Shown here piece by piece: positions 44,229 through 53,676 of a stretch of 64,000 nt of DNA. Location: the NCBI GenBank assembly GCA_947624135.1, contig CANQIV010000001.1, positions 5,331 to 69,330 on the forward strand, in the 5' to 3' direction. The notes under the pieces are model-generated. The model made no database searches. It was not told the DNA's origin and saw nothing but the letters and a program-made list of their open reading frames with translations. A program made the translations under genes and the position numbers. The first letter of the stretch is position 1. Every line of letters begins with the position of its first letter. The DNA comes from an uncultured Bacilli bacterium. Its GTDB lineage: Bacteria > Bacillota_I > Bacilli_A > RF39 > UBA660.

Positions 44229-45983
44229 GTGTTTGGTAAAATATTATATATTAGTGATAGTATAGCTAATATAGGAATACCTAATGGTACGCCTATTAAT
44301 ATGGATCTTTTAAATATGCATATAGTATTTGAAGATGGGGAAAGAAAAGTACTTGGTGAGATAGAAGATGTATCAGAATCTACTATAAAAGTACATTTTT
44401 TAGGTGTAATAGAAAATAATAAATTTATAGGTGGAGTTCTTAGAAAACCTACTTTGGAAGCTAAAATTAGATTTGTGACAGATGATGAATTAAAACTTAT
44501 AACAGGTGAAACAGGAGAAGGAATGTTTAAATTAGGAGTTAGTCCTCTTTATAATGATAAACCAATATATGTAGATATAAATGAATTATGTAGTAATCAT
44601 TTAGCAATCTTTGGTAATACTGGTAGTGGTAAATCATATGGTGTAGCAAGTTTTATACAAAGTATGTTTTATAATACTAATTTTCAACCTTATAGAGCAA
44701 ATTATATGATATTTGATGCTTATGGTGAATATCATAATGCATTTGAAAGATTAAGCGAAGTTAACCCTAATTATCAATTCAAGTACTACACAACAAATAG
44801 AACAGATACAAATGGAGAATTAATAAGAATACCTCTTTGGTTACTTGATATAGATGATTATGCTCTTCTATTGAATGCAGAAAGACATTCTCAATTACAA
44901 ATAATAGAAAAAATGATTAAACTTGCAAGAATAATATCAATGGATACTACTGAAGCAGTAGCTTATAAAAATCATTTAATAGCTAAAGCAATTTTAGATG
45001 TCCTATATACCAATCAAACATCTTCTAGTAAAAGAAATGATATATTTACAATAATTGCAAGTTGTAATACAGAACAATTTAACTTAGAAACACCTATTCA
45101 AGGAATAGGATATGTTAGAAAATTTAGAGAATGTTTTACAATAGATAGATCAGGAGATTTTACTGAAAGTGTACTTATAACTCAATATATAACAAGTTTT
45201 ATAAATGAATCTCTTGATAACTATGAAGCACCTAATGATCATTTATTTACGTTAGATACATTAGAAAAAGCTTTAGATTTTACACTTATTAGTGATGGAT
45301 TTTTAAGAAATAATAAACTATATGATGAAGCAATAACTTTAAAAGTTAGATTACATTCTATCGCAATTAGTGAAGATGCAGAATTTTTCAATTTTCCAAC
45401 ATATGTCGATTTAAATAATTATATAGGTAGTTTAGTTACTAAAAACAATAAGAAATCTCAAATAGTTAACTTTAACTTAGAAGATATAGATGATAGACTT
45501 GCTAAAACTATGGTTAAAATATATTCAAAAATGTTATTTACATTTACAAAACATTTACAATCTCGTGGTTCGATACCATTCCACATTTTACTTGAAGAAT
45601 CACATAGATATGTACAAAATGATAATGATAATTTTTTACTTGGATATAATATATTTGAAAGAATTGCAAAAGAAGGTAGAAAATTTGGGCTTATATTAAA
45701 TTTAGTTTCACAAAGACCAGTTGAACTTTCTGAAACAGTTATATCTCAAATAAGTAATTTCTTAATATTTAAAATGACACATCCAAGAGATTTAGATTAT
45801 ATAAAGAAAATGTTACCAAATATGAGTGCTGAAATAATGGAAAAACAAAAAAGTTTACAACCTGGTATGTGCGTTGCTTTTGGTAGAGCATTTAAAGTAC
45901 CAATGATAATTAAAATGCCATTACCTAATCCAGAACCACATTCAAGTAACGTTGATGTAGTAAAAATTTGGCAAGCTGTATAA
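44229..45983 (+). CDS. HerA/FtsK-superfamily (DUF87-like) ATPase with N-terminal HAS-barrel-like domain
   Basis: Walker A FGNTGSGKSYG, Walker B HILLEESHRY, EGRKFGL...SQRP arginine-finger region; GTG start 1 nt after ylxM stop. Confidence 0.7.
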   Translation: MFGKILYISDSIANIGIPNGTPINMDLLNMHIVFEDGERKVLGEIEDVSESTIKVHFLGVIENNKFIGGVLRKPTLEAKIRFVTDDELKLITGETGEGMFKLGVSPLYNDKPIYVDINELCSNHLAIFGNTGSGKSYGVASFIQSMFYNTNFQPYRANYMIFDAYGEYHNAFERLSEVNPNYQFKYYTTNRTDTNGELIRIPLWLLDIDDYALLLNAERHSQLQIIEKMIKLARIISMDTTEAVAYKNHLIAKAILDVLYTNQTSSSKRNDIFTIIASCNTEQFNLETPIQGIGYVRKFRECFTIDRSGDFTESVLITQYITSFINESLDNYEAPNDHLFTLDTLEKALDFTLISDGFLRNNKLYDEAITLKVRLHSIAISEDAEFFNFPTYVDLNNYIGSLVTKNNKKSQIVNFNLEDIDDRLAKTMVKIYSKMLFTFTKHLQSRGSIPFHILLEESHRYVQNDNDNFLLGYNIFERIAKEGRKFGLILNLVSQRPVELSETVISQISNFLIFKMTHPRDLDYIKKMLPNMSAEIMEKQKSLQPGMCVAFGRAFKVPMIIKMPLPNPEPHSSNVDVVKIWQAV

Positions 45984-45987
45984 ATTA

Positions 45988-46010
45988 AAAAGCAGATTTC
46001 TGCTTTTTTT
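45988..46010 (+). terminator. rho-independent terminator after HerA-like gene
   Basis: AGCAGA-TT-TCTGCT followed by T7. Confidence 0.6.
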
Positions 46011-46095
46011 ATTGTGTTTAACCTTGATAAAAATTAATATAAATGTTATTATTTATATAGATAAAAAGTATAGATAATAAGAGAGGAATAAAATT

Positions 46096-49000
46096 ATGAA
46101 AAAAGAAAATAAAATAAAAGCATTTACACTAGTAGAACTTTTAACTGTAATAGTAATATTAGCAGTAATAGCTTTAATAGCTGTTCCAAAAATATTAGGA
46201 ATAATAAATAATACAAAATTTAAAAAATATAAAATAGAAGAAGAATATATGAAAGAAGCAGCAAAATTATATTATACTAGTAATAATATGGACGAATATG
46301 AACCAGTAGATTTACAAACATTAGTAGATAATAATTTTACAAATCCAGTAGTAGATTCAGGAAATGGAGGCTATTGTAAAGGGAAAGTTATAGAGGATGA
46401 AAAAGGAGTTTTAAAAGGTTGTTTAAAATGTAGTAATTATATTACTAAAGGTTGTGGATATACAGAAGATGATCCAGATGATAAACCAGTAGAAGAACCA
46501 GATGAACCAGTAATAATAGATGCAAATCCGGGAATAATATGTGGAGATAAAAAAGAAGAAGAATACGATAGTATGACAGAATGTCATATAAAAAGTGTAG
46601 AAGATTTAGTAGAATTTACAAAAATGGTAAATGATGAAAAACACACATATACATTTTTAAATAAAATAGTATATTTAGATAAGAATTTAGATATAAAAAA
46701 TTATGAAAAAGGTAAATCATACTTAAATGCAGATGCTCTTGCAGATTTTGATATAAATGGTGATGGAGACGTTACTAGTTTAAAAGATGAAATGACAACA
46801 GATAAAGGATTTTTACCAATAGGAACAAAAAGTCATAGTTTTGCAGGGACATTTGAAGGAAATGCTTACACAATAAAAAATTTAATGATAAATAGACCTG
46901 ATGTTGATAATGTAGGATTATTTGGATATGCTTATTATGCAGAAATAAAAGGATTTAATTTAGAGAATGTAAATATAACAGGTAATAATAATGTAGGAGG
47001 GGTTGCAGGATATAGTTATACAGGTAAAGTTAAAGAAATAACATTAAGCGGAAATATAACAGGTCATGACTATGTTGGAGGAATAACAGGGCATTATGCT
47101 AATGGAGCAAACTCCATAAGTGTAATATTAAATGCAAATATTACAGGTAATGATCATGTATATGGAATAAGTGATTCTAATTCTAACAGCAAAGGAGTAG
47201 TAGAAAGTGGAACTATAACAGGAAATTTAAATGTATATGGAGGTTCTTCTTCTAGTTCATCATCACTTGTAAATGAAAAAGTAATAATTGATGCTCCAGA
47301 AGATGCTATAACCCTTGGTGGAACTTTATATAAAGATACTACATATGGAGATTTAAATTTATACGATACTCCTAATAATGCAAGCATAATAGATACATAT
47401 TTAGGTGGAGATAATGATAGTTCAGGGTATTATTTTGATTATAATAAGAATGGAAAATTAGTAATAAAGAGTACAAAAAAAGACCCATTAGATTACACTT
47501 TACAAGGAGAAGGAACAAAGGAAGACCCATATTTAATATATACTTATGAAGATTATAAAAAAATAGCGTTAATGCCAACAGAAGCAAACTATTATAAATT
47601 GATGGCTGATATAGATTTTACAAATAAAAAATATTATATGATAGGAACATATGCATATAATTTTAAAGGAAATTTTGATGGTAATGTTCATACATTAAAA
47701 AATATGGAATTAGAGGGATATAATTATGTCGGTCTATTTGGATATTTAGATGGTGGCGAAATGAAAGGATTTAATATAAAAAATATAAATGTATTAGGTC
47801 AAAATGATTATGTAGGAGGGGTTGCAGGATATAGTTATACAGGTAAAGTTAAAGAAATAACATTAAGCGGAAATATAACAGGTCACGACTATGTTGGAGG
47901 AATAACAGGGCGTTATGCTAATGGAGCAAACTCCATAAGTGTAATATTAAATGCAAATATTACAGGTAATGATCATGTATATGGAATAAGTGATTCTAAT
48001 TCTAACAGCAAAGGAGTAGTAGAAAGTGGAACTATAACAGGAAATTTAAATGTATATGGAGGTTCTTCTTCTAGTTCATCATCACTTGTAAATGAAAAAG
48101 TAATAATTGATGCTCCAGAAGATGCTATAACCCTTGGTGGAACTTTATATAAAGATACTACATATGGAGATTTAAATTTATACGATACTCCTAATAATGC
48201 AAGCATAATAGATACATATTTAGGTGGAGATAATGATAGTTCAGGGTATTATTTTGATTATAATAAGAATGGAAAATTAGTAATAAAGAGTACAAAAAAA
48301 GACCCATTAGATTACACTTTACAAGGAGAAGGAACAAAGGAAGACCCATATTTAATATATACTTATGAAGATTATAAAAAAATAGCGTTAATGCCAACAG
48401 AAGCAAACTATTATAAATTGATGGCTGATATAGATTTTACAAATAAAAAATATTATATGATAGGAACATATGCATATAATTTTAAAGGAAATTTTGATGG
48501 TAATGTTCATACATTAAAAAATATGGAATTAGAGGGATATAATTATGTCGGTCTATTTGGATATTTAGATGGTGGCGAAATGAAAGGATTTAATATAAAA
48601 AATATAAATGTAATAGGTCAAAATGATTATGTAGGTGGAATAACAGGATATAGTTATAATCCAAGTAGCGTTATTAAAGAAATAACATTAAGTGGAAATA
48701 TAACAGGTCATAATAGTGTTGGAGGAATAGCAGGTTCTACTGGAAATGGTGCAGTAGTTTCAAGTGTAATAGTAAATGCAAATGTAACAGGTAATACTTA
48801 TGTATATGGAATTTCTTATAATGGTACAGGAGTAATCGAAAGTGGAACTATAAAAGGAAATTCATCAGTATATGGTGGTTTTGGTTGGGGTTCTACAGCA
48901 TTCGTAAATAAAAAAGTTAAAATAGAATCAGAAAGTACACCTAATGTAGGTGGAACACTATATGAAGATACAATATATGGAAACCTAAATTTATATGATA

Positions 49001-50355
49001 CTCTTGATAAAACAAATATAATAGATACATATTTAGGTGGAGATAATGATAGTTCAGGATATTATTTTGATTATAATAAGAATGGAAAATTAGTAATAAA
49101 AAGTACAGAAAAAGACCCAATAGATTACACCTTACAAGGAGAAGGAACAGAGGAAACCCCATATTTAATATATACTTATGAAGATTATAAAAAGATAGCG
49201 TTAATGCCAACAGAAACAAACTATTATAAATTAATGGCTGATATAGATTTTACAAATAAAAAATATTATATGATAGGTACAAATGCATACAGATTTAAAG
49301 GAAATTTTGATGGTAATGCTTATACATTAAAGAATATGGAATTAGAAGGATATAAATATGTTGGATTATTTGGATATATGGATAGTTCATCAGAAATAAA
49401 AGGTTTTAATGTAGAAAACATAAATGTATTAGGACAAAACGATTATGTAGGTGGAATTGCTGGAGAGTGTTATTCTAGTCAAGTTAAAGAAATAACATTA
49501 AGTGGAAATATAACAGGTAATAATCGTGTTGGAGGAATAGTAGGTCATAATGAAGGTAGTACAACATCAATAGCGAGCGTAATAGTAAATGCGAATGTTA
49601 CAGGTAATACTTATGTATATGGAATTTCTTATAATGGTACAGGAGTAATCGAAAGTGGAACTATAAAAGGAAATTCATCAGTATATGGTGGTTTTGGTTG
49701 GGGTTCTACAGCATTCGTAAATGAAAAAGTAAAAATAGAAGCAACAGGTACACCTAGTTTAGGTGGTAAACGTTTCCCTGAAAATCATTATAATGTTTTA
49801 AGTGAATATGCACTATTAAAAAATAGTAGTAATTATATAATAGATACACCATATAGTGGAGATACAGATAATTCAGGATATTGGTTTGATTATAACGATT
49901 ATGGAGATGACATAATAGTAGTAAAAGCAGGAAGCGCAGCAACAAATCCAAATGTTAATCCAAATAATCCTGGCGAAACATCAGAACCAACAATAGTACA
50001 TGAAAAAACAACAAATCCAGATAAACCATTCCCAGAATGTAAAGTAACTAGATTTGATACATATGGAAGAGGATTTACCGCATCATATTCATGTACAGAT
50101 GCAGAGTCAATAGTTGAAATAAAACACATATATTGGGTAAAAGCGGATGTAGATGATTATGATTCATTAGTAGAGTGGAAAAACATAACTCCAGGACCAT
50201 CTACAAGTTATAGTAGTGTATGGACAGAAAGTAGTGCGGCTGGTCAAGGAATAACACCGCCATATCCAGGAAATTGTTATTATTTCTATTACGGCGCTAA
50301 AAACCAAGCAGGTAATGAAAGAATATACAGAACTGGTTATTGTTTAAGTTATTAA
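46096..50355 (+). CDS. giant type IV pilin-like protein with GLUG-motif repeat modules
   Basis: class III (prepilin) signal MKKENKIK-AFTLVELLTVIVILAVIALIAVP; four ~273-aa modules with GLUG-like YVGG(I/V)(A/T)G motifs; Cys-containing C-terminal domain; 1419 aa. Confidence 0.75.
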   Translation: MKKENKIKAFTLVELLTVIVILAVIALIAVPKILGIINNTKFKKYKIEEEYMKEAAKLYYTSNNMDEYEPVDLQTLVDNNFTNPVVDSGNGGYCKGKVIEDEKGVLKGCLKCSNYITKGCGYTEDDPDDKPVEEPDEPVIIDANPGIICGDKKEEEYDSMTECHIKSVEDLVEFTKMVNDEKHTYTFLNKIVYLDKNLDIKNYEKGKSYLNADALADFDINGDGDVTSLKDEMTTDKGFLPIGTKSHSFAGTFEGNAYTIKNLMINRPDVDNVGLFGYAYYAEIKGFNLENVNITGNNNVGGVAGYSYTGKVKEITLSGNITGHDYVGGITGHYANGANSISVILNANITGNDHVYGISDSNSNSKGVVESGTITGNLNVYGGSSSSSSSLVNEKVIIDAPEDAITLGGTLYKDTTYGDLNLYDTPNNASIIDTYLGGDNDSSGYYFDYNKNGKLVIKSTKKDPLDYTLQGEGTKEDPYLIYTYEDYKKIALMPTEANYYKLMADIDFTNKKYYMIGTYAYNFKGNFDGNVHTLKNMELEGYNYVGLFGYLDGGEMKGFNIKNINVLGQNDYVGGVAGYSYTGKVKEITLSGNITGHDYVGGITGRYANGANSISVILNANITGNDHVYGISDSNSNSKGVVESGTITGNLNVYGGSSSSSSSLVNEKVIIDAPEDAITLGGTLYKDTTYGDLNLYDTPNNASIIDTYLGGDNDSSGYYFDYNKNGKLVIKSTKKDPLDYTLQGEGTKEDPYLIYTYEDYKKIALMPTEANYYKLMADIDFTNKKYYMIGTYAYNFKGNFDGNVHTLKNMELEGYNYVGLFGYLDGGEMKGFNIKNINVIGQNDYVGGITGYSYNPSSVIKEITLSGNITGHNSVGGIAGSTGNGAVVSSVIVNANVTGNTYVYGISYNGTGVIESGTIKGNSSVYGGFGWGSTAFVNKKVKIESESTPNVGGTLYEDTIYGNLNLYDTLDKTNIIDTYLGGDNDSSGYYFDYNKNGKLVIKSTEKDPIDYTLQGEGTEETPYLIYTYEDYKKIALMPTETNYYKLMADIDFTNKKYYMIGTNAYRFKGNFDGNAYTLKNMELEGYKYVGLFGYMDSSSEIKGFNVENINVLGQNDYVGGIAGECYSSQVKEITLSGNITGNNRVGGIVGHNEGSTTSIASVIVNANVTGNTYVYGISYNGTGVIESGTIKGNSSVYGGFGWGSTAFVNEKVKIEATGTPSLGGKRFPENHYNVLSEYALLKNSSNYIIDTPYSGDTDNSGYWFDYNDYGDDIIVVKAGSAATNPNVNPNNPGETSEPTIVHEKTTNPDKPFPECKVTRFDTYGRGFTASYSCTDAESIVEIKHIYWVKADVDDYDSLVEWKNITPGPSTSYSSVWTESSAAGQGITPPYPGNCYYFYYGAKNQAGNERIYRTGYCLSY
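46990..48633 (+). repeat. perfect (or near-perfect) 819-bp tandem duplication inside pilin-like gene, plus two diverged downstream copies
   Basis: identical antisense ORFs 47154-47387 / 47973-48206 and 47372-47587 / 48191-48406; GTTGCAGG at 47002 and 47821. Confidence 0.85.
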
Positions 50356-50367
50356 AAAAAATTTTTA

Positions 50368-50392
50368 AAAAAGCAGTTTTTCTGCTTTTTTT
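50368..50392 (+). terminator. rho-independent terminator after pilin-like gene
   Basis: AGCAG-TTTTT-CTGCT followed by T7; near-identical to terminator at 45988. Confidence 0.6.
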
Positions 50393-50528
50393 ACTGAAAT
50401 TATTAAAAAATTGAGAAAATCGCCTCTAAAATTAAAAAATTACATTTTTGTGAGTGTAGAAATTCAAAAACGTATGTTTGACCTTTAAATACAACTATGT
50501 TACTATGTTTTTGAAAGGAGGGAAATTT

Positions 50529-50846
50529 GTGCTTAATCAAGCAGTTTTAGTTGGAAGAATAGTTGAAGATCCTGAACTAAAAGATACAGAAAAAGGCAAA
50601 GTAACTAACATAACTTTGGCTGTACCAAGATCTTTTAAAAATTCTAACGGAGAATATGATACTGACTTTATTTCCTGTGTTTTATGGAAAGGTGTAGCAG
50701 AAAGTACAGTAGAATATTGTAAAAAGGGTGATTTAGTTGGAATTAAGGGAAGAATTCAAACTAGAAACGTAGAATTTGAAGATCAAAGCCATAAACAATT
50801 TGTGGAAGTAGTAGCAGAAAAAGTCACATTTTTATCTAGTAAGTAA
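50529..50846 (+). CDS. ssb: single-stranded DNA-binding protein lacking acidic C-terminal tail (SsbB-like)
   Basis: OB-fold LVGRIVEDPELK...; ends ...VTFLSSK with no DDDIPF tail; GTG start after GGAGGG RBS. Confidence 0.7.
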   Translation: MLNQAVLVGRIVEDPELKDTEKGKVTNITLAVPRSFKNSNGEYDTDFISCVLWKGVAESTVEYCKKGDLVGIKGRIQTRNVEFEDQSHKQFVEVVAEKVTFLSSK

Positions 50847-50870
50847 GCAGATGAATAATCTGCTTTCTTT
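50846..50870 (+). terminator. terminator after ssb
   Basis: GCAGAT-GAATA-ATCTGC hairpin then TTTCTTT. Confidence 0.45.
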
Positions 50871-50938
50871 CATTAGAAATTTTTAATTTTTTCATATAAA
50901 TTTCATAAATGAGTAATACTATTAATATGGAGGTCAAT

Positions 50939-52219
50939 ATGGAAGAGAAAGATAAAAATGTTAAAAAAGAGGTAGAGGAAGAAAAAATTATTGATGCAGA
51001 AATAATAGAAGAAAAGGATATCGATAAAGAAGAAAAAACTATCGATAAAAAAGAAATTAATGAGGAAGAAAAAATTATCGATAAAGAAGAAAAAAATATT
51101 GATAATGAAGAAAAAAATAGTAATAATTCCTTTTTTAAGTCTAAAATTTTTCTTAGTATTATTATGTTTTTATTAGGAGCACTTATTATGTATGGACTAA
51201 TTATGGCTAGTAATAAGGGTTTACTTATTCAAAAAGTTACAAGTGAAAATATAAAAACTACTACTGTAGAAGAAGAAAGTGATTTAAAAACTGCAATTAA
51301 TAATGTTTATGAAGCAACAGTATATATTAATGTTTCATCACGTATTGGTAGCTCTTCAGGTTCAGGATTTATATATAAAAAAGATGATGATTATGGATAT
51401 ATATTAACTAATTATCATGTTATAAAAGATGGAACTAAATATTTAGTAACTCTTACCGATAATACAGAGGTAGAAGCAACTCTTATAAGTGGTGATGAAT
51501 ATTACGATATAGCTATTCTTAAAATAGATGCTGATAAAGTAAAAAAAGTAGCTACTTTAGGTAATTCTTCTAATTTGGAATTAGGTGATACTGTATTTAC
51601 AGTAGGCGCGCCTTTTGGAAAAGAATACATGGGAACCATAACAAAAGGAATAGTTTCTGGAGTAAATAGAATGCTTTCATCAGAAGGTTCAGGTTCATAT
51701 TTAACAGAGGTTATTCAAACTGATGCATCTATAAATTCTGGTAATAGCGGTGGACCTATATGTAATATAAAAGGAGAGGTAGTTGGAATTACGTCATCTA
51801 AATTAATGGGTAACGGAATAGAAGGTATGGGATTTGCAATACCTATTAATTCAATAATACCTATAATTGATAGTATAGAAAATGGAAAGAAAATAGAAAG
51901 ACCATATTTAGGTATACAACTTGTTAATTTAACAAATACATTTATGCTTCAATATTATTATGGAATAAAAATAAATGACGATGTAGAATTTGGAGCAGTT
52001 ATAAGTTATGTTGAAGAAGGAAAATCAGCTGATGAAGCAGGACTTGAACTTGGAGATGTAATAGTTGATATGGATGGAGAAAAAGTAGAAGATACACAAC
52101 ATTTTCAATATTTACTATATAAACATAAAATAGGAGATAAAATTAAAATAAAATATTATAGGAATAATAAATTATTAGAAACTACAATTGAACTTAAAGA
52201 CTCAATTAAAAATGAATAA
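50939..52219 (+). CDS. htrA: HtrA/DegP-family serine protease with PDZ domain
   Basis: trypsin-like GNSGGP, TM anchor, C-terminal PDZ; N-terminal acidic EEK-IDK repeats; start at ATG after GGAGG. Confidence 0.88.
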   Translation: MEEKDKNVKKEVEEEKIIDAEIIEEKDIDKEEKTIDKKEINEEEKIIDKEEKNIDNEEKNSNNSFFKSKIFLSIIMFLLGALIMYGLIMASNKGLLIQKVTSENIKTTTVEEESDLKTAINNVYEATVYINVSSRIGSSSGSGFIYKKDDDYGYILTNYHVIKDGTKYLVTLTDNTEVEATLISGDEYYDIAILKIDADKVKKVATLGNSSNLELGDTVFTVGAPFGKEYMGTITKGIVSGVNRMLSSEGSGSYLTEVIQTDASINSGNSGGPICNIKGEVVGITSSKLMGNGIEGMGFAIPINSIIPIIDSIENGKKIERPYLGIQLVNLTNTFMLQYYYGIKINDDVEFGAVISYVEEGKSADEAGLELGDVIVDMDGEKVEDTQHFQYLLYKHKIGDKIKIKYYRNNKLLETTIELKDSIKNE

Positions 52220-52245
52220 ATACTTTTATAAGTATTTTTTTCTTT
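52218..52245 (+). terminator. rho-independent terminator after htrA
   Basis: AAATACTT-TTAT-AAGTATTT followed by T6. Confidence 0.6.
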
Positions 52246-52322
52246 TAAATGGTTGAATTTTTGTAAAGTAATTGATATAATATTAATATAGTAGTAAAAG
52301 AGTAAGAAAGTAGGGTTTATTT

Positions 52323-53543
52323 ATGAATAACAAATTTGTATATAGAATACTTGGCGCTGTAGCATCCGCTATGGTTATAGTTTCAGTTTTTATTCCTTTT
52401 TTCAGTATTTCTGGATTTTCACAAAGTATATGGGAAATAAATGAAAATTTTATATTTTTACCTATATTGATAATTGCTTTTGGACTTATTGGTGTAATAG
52501 TATTTTCAATAAATAAGAAAATTGAATTTGCTTATGCTACATCAGGTGCGATGATATTTTATTCAATGATGAGAACTTTTGAAATAATCAATGCAGATCA
52601 ATTTGGTAGTTTAAGTGTTGGATACTATGTGTTATGTGCAGGTTCAATATTAACTGGTGTTATGGCGTATCTATGTAACGTAGTACCAAAAGAAATTATT
52701 GATAATATTGATATGACACAGACAACAAATAATATTAATATGTCGAATTTATCAGGAAATAATGTAGGATTAAATAATAATGCAGATTCATTAGTTGATA
52801 TGTCTAATTTTAATAGTATACAAGGTATGAATCCATTAGAACAACCAGTTTCAAGTGATTTACAGCCATTAAATGAAATGATTAATCCAGCACCACAGCT
52901 TGATATACCAAGTGAATCAGGCTCACCAGAACAAATAAATTTTGGACCAGAGGAACAAATAAATAATGAATTAAATGAGATTCCAACTGAGCGAGTTAAT
53001 GTACCAAGTGAACCAGTAATAAGTTCACCAGAACAAATGACTTTTGAACCAGAAGAACCAATGAACAATCAAATAAATGAGATTCCAGTTCAACCACTTG
53101 ATATATTAAATAATCAAGTGGTAAGTACATCAGAACAAATAAATGTTGAACCAGTTCAATCAATAAGTAATCAAGTAAATGTTGTTCCAACTGAGCAAGT
53201 TAATGTATCAAGTGAATCAATAATAAGTACACCAGAACAAATAAATGTTGAGCCAGTTCAACCAATGAATAACCAAATAAATGTTGTTCCAACTCCACAA
53301 ATTCAACCACAATCAATTGCGCCAGATACATTTCAACAACCTGCTCAGCCACAACAACCTATAAATAATCAACAAACAGGTTCTATCGTATTTGACCAAA
53401 CATCACAGCCAATGATTAATACACCAATTCAAAGTAATCAGCCAATGCAAGATATGTCATATTTTAATAATTCATCAAATGTAACTCAACAAAATACAAG
53501 TAATGCATTTGATATATTTAATCAACCAATTAATAGAAATTAA
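52323..53543 (+). CDS. membrane protein with P/Q-rich EQINVEPVQ-type repeats, hypothetical
   Basis: four N-terminal TM helices then repeated (S/T)PEQINVEPVQP(M/I)NNQ(I/V)N units. Confidence 0.5.
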   Translation: MNNKFVYRILGAVASAMVIVSVFIPFFSISGFSQSIWEINENFIFLPILIIAFGLIGVIVFSINKKIEFAYATSGAMIFYSMMRTFEIINADQFGSLSVGYYVLCAGSILTGVMAYLCNVVPKEIIDNIDMTQTTNNINMSNLSGNNVGLNNNADSLVDMSNFNSIQGMNPLEQPVSSDLQPLNEMINPAPQLDIPSESGSPEQINFGPEEQINNELNEIPTERVNVPSEPVISSPEQMTFEPEEPMNNQINEIPVQPLDILNNQVVSTSEQINVEPVQSISNQVNVVPTEQVNVSSESIISTPEQINVEPVQPMNNQINVVPTPQIQPQSIAPDTFQQPAQPQQPINNQQTGSIVFDQTSQPMINTPIQSNQPMQDMSYFNNSSNVTQQNTSNAFDIFNQPINRN

Positions 53544-53590
53544 GAAAAATTGACAATATTTATATACATTTTTAATTAAAATTTCATAAA

Positions 53591-53614
53591 AATTGATGAA
53601 AAAGTCAATTTTTT
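53591..53614 (+). terminator. rho-independent terminator
   Basis: AATTGA-TGAAAAAG-TCAATT followed by T4. Confidence 0.45.
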
Positions 53615-53676
53615 CTTGCAATAATTTTATTTTTATAGTATAATTTATAACTGGTTTGTCAAAAAGGGGGTGTCTC

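Noticed and set aside
44229-45983. HerA-like ATPase as a type IV pilus assembly ATPase for the adjacent pilin-like protein
   Set aside because: Pilus ATPases belong to the PilB/PilT (GspE) family, which has different motifs; this protein has HerA/FtsK-type Walker B (EESH) and a HAS-barrel-like N-terminus, and a terminator separates it from the pilin gene.
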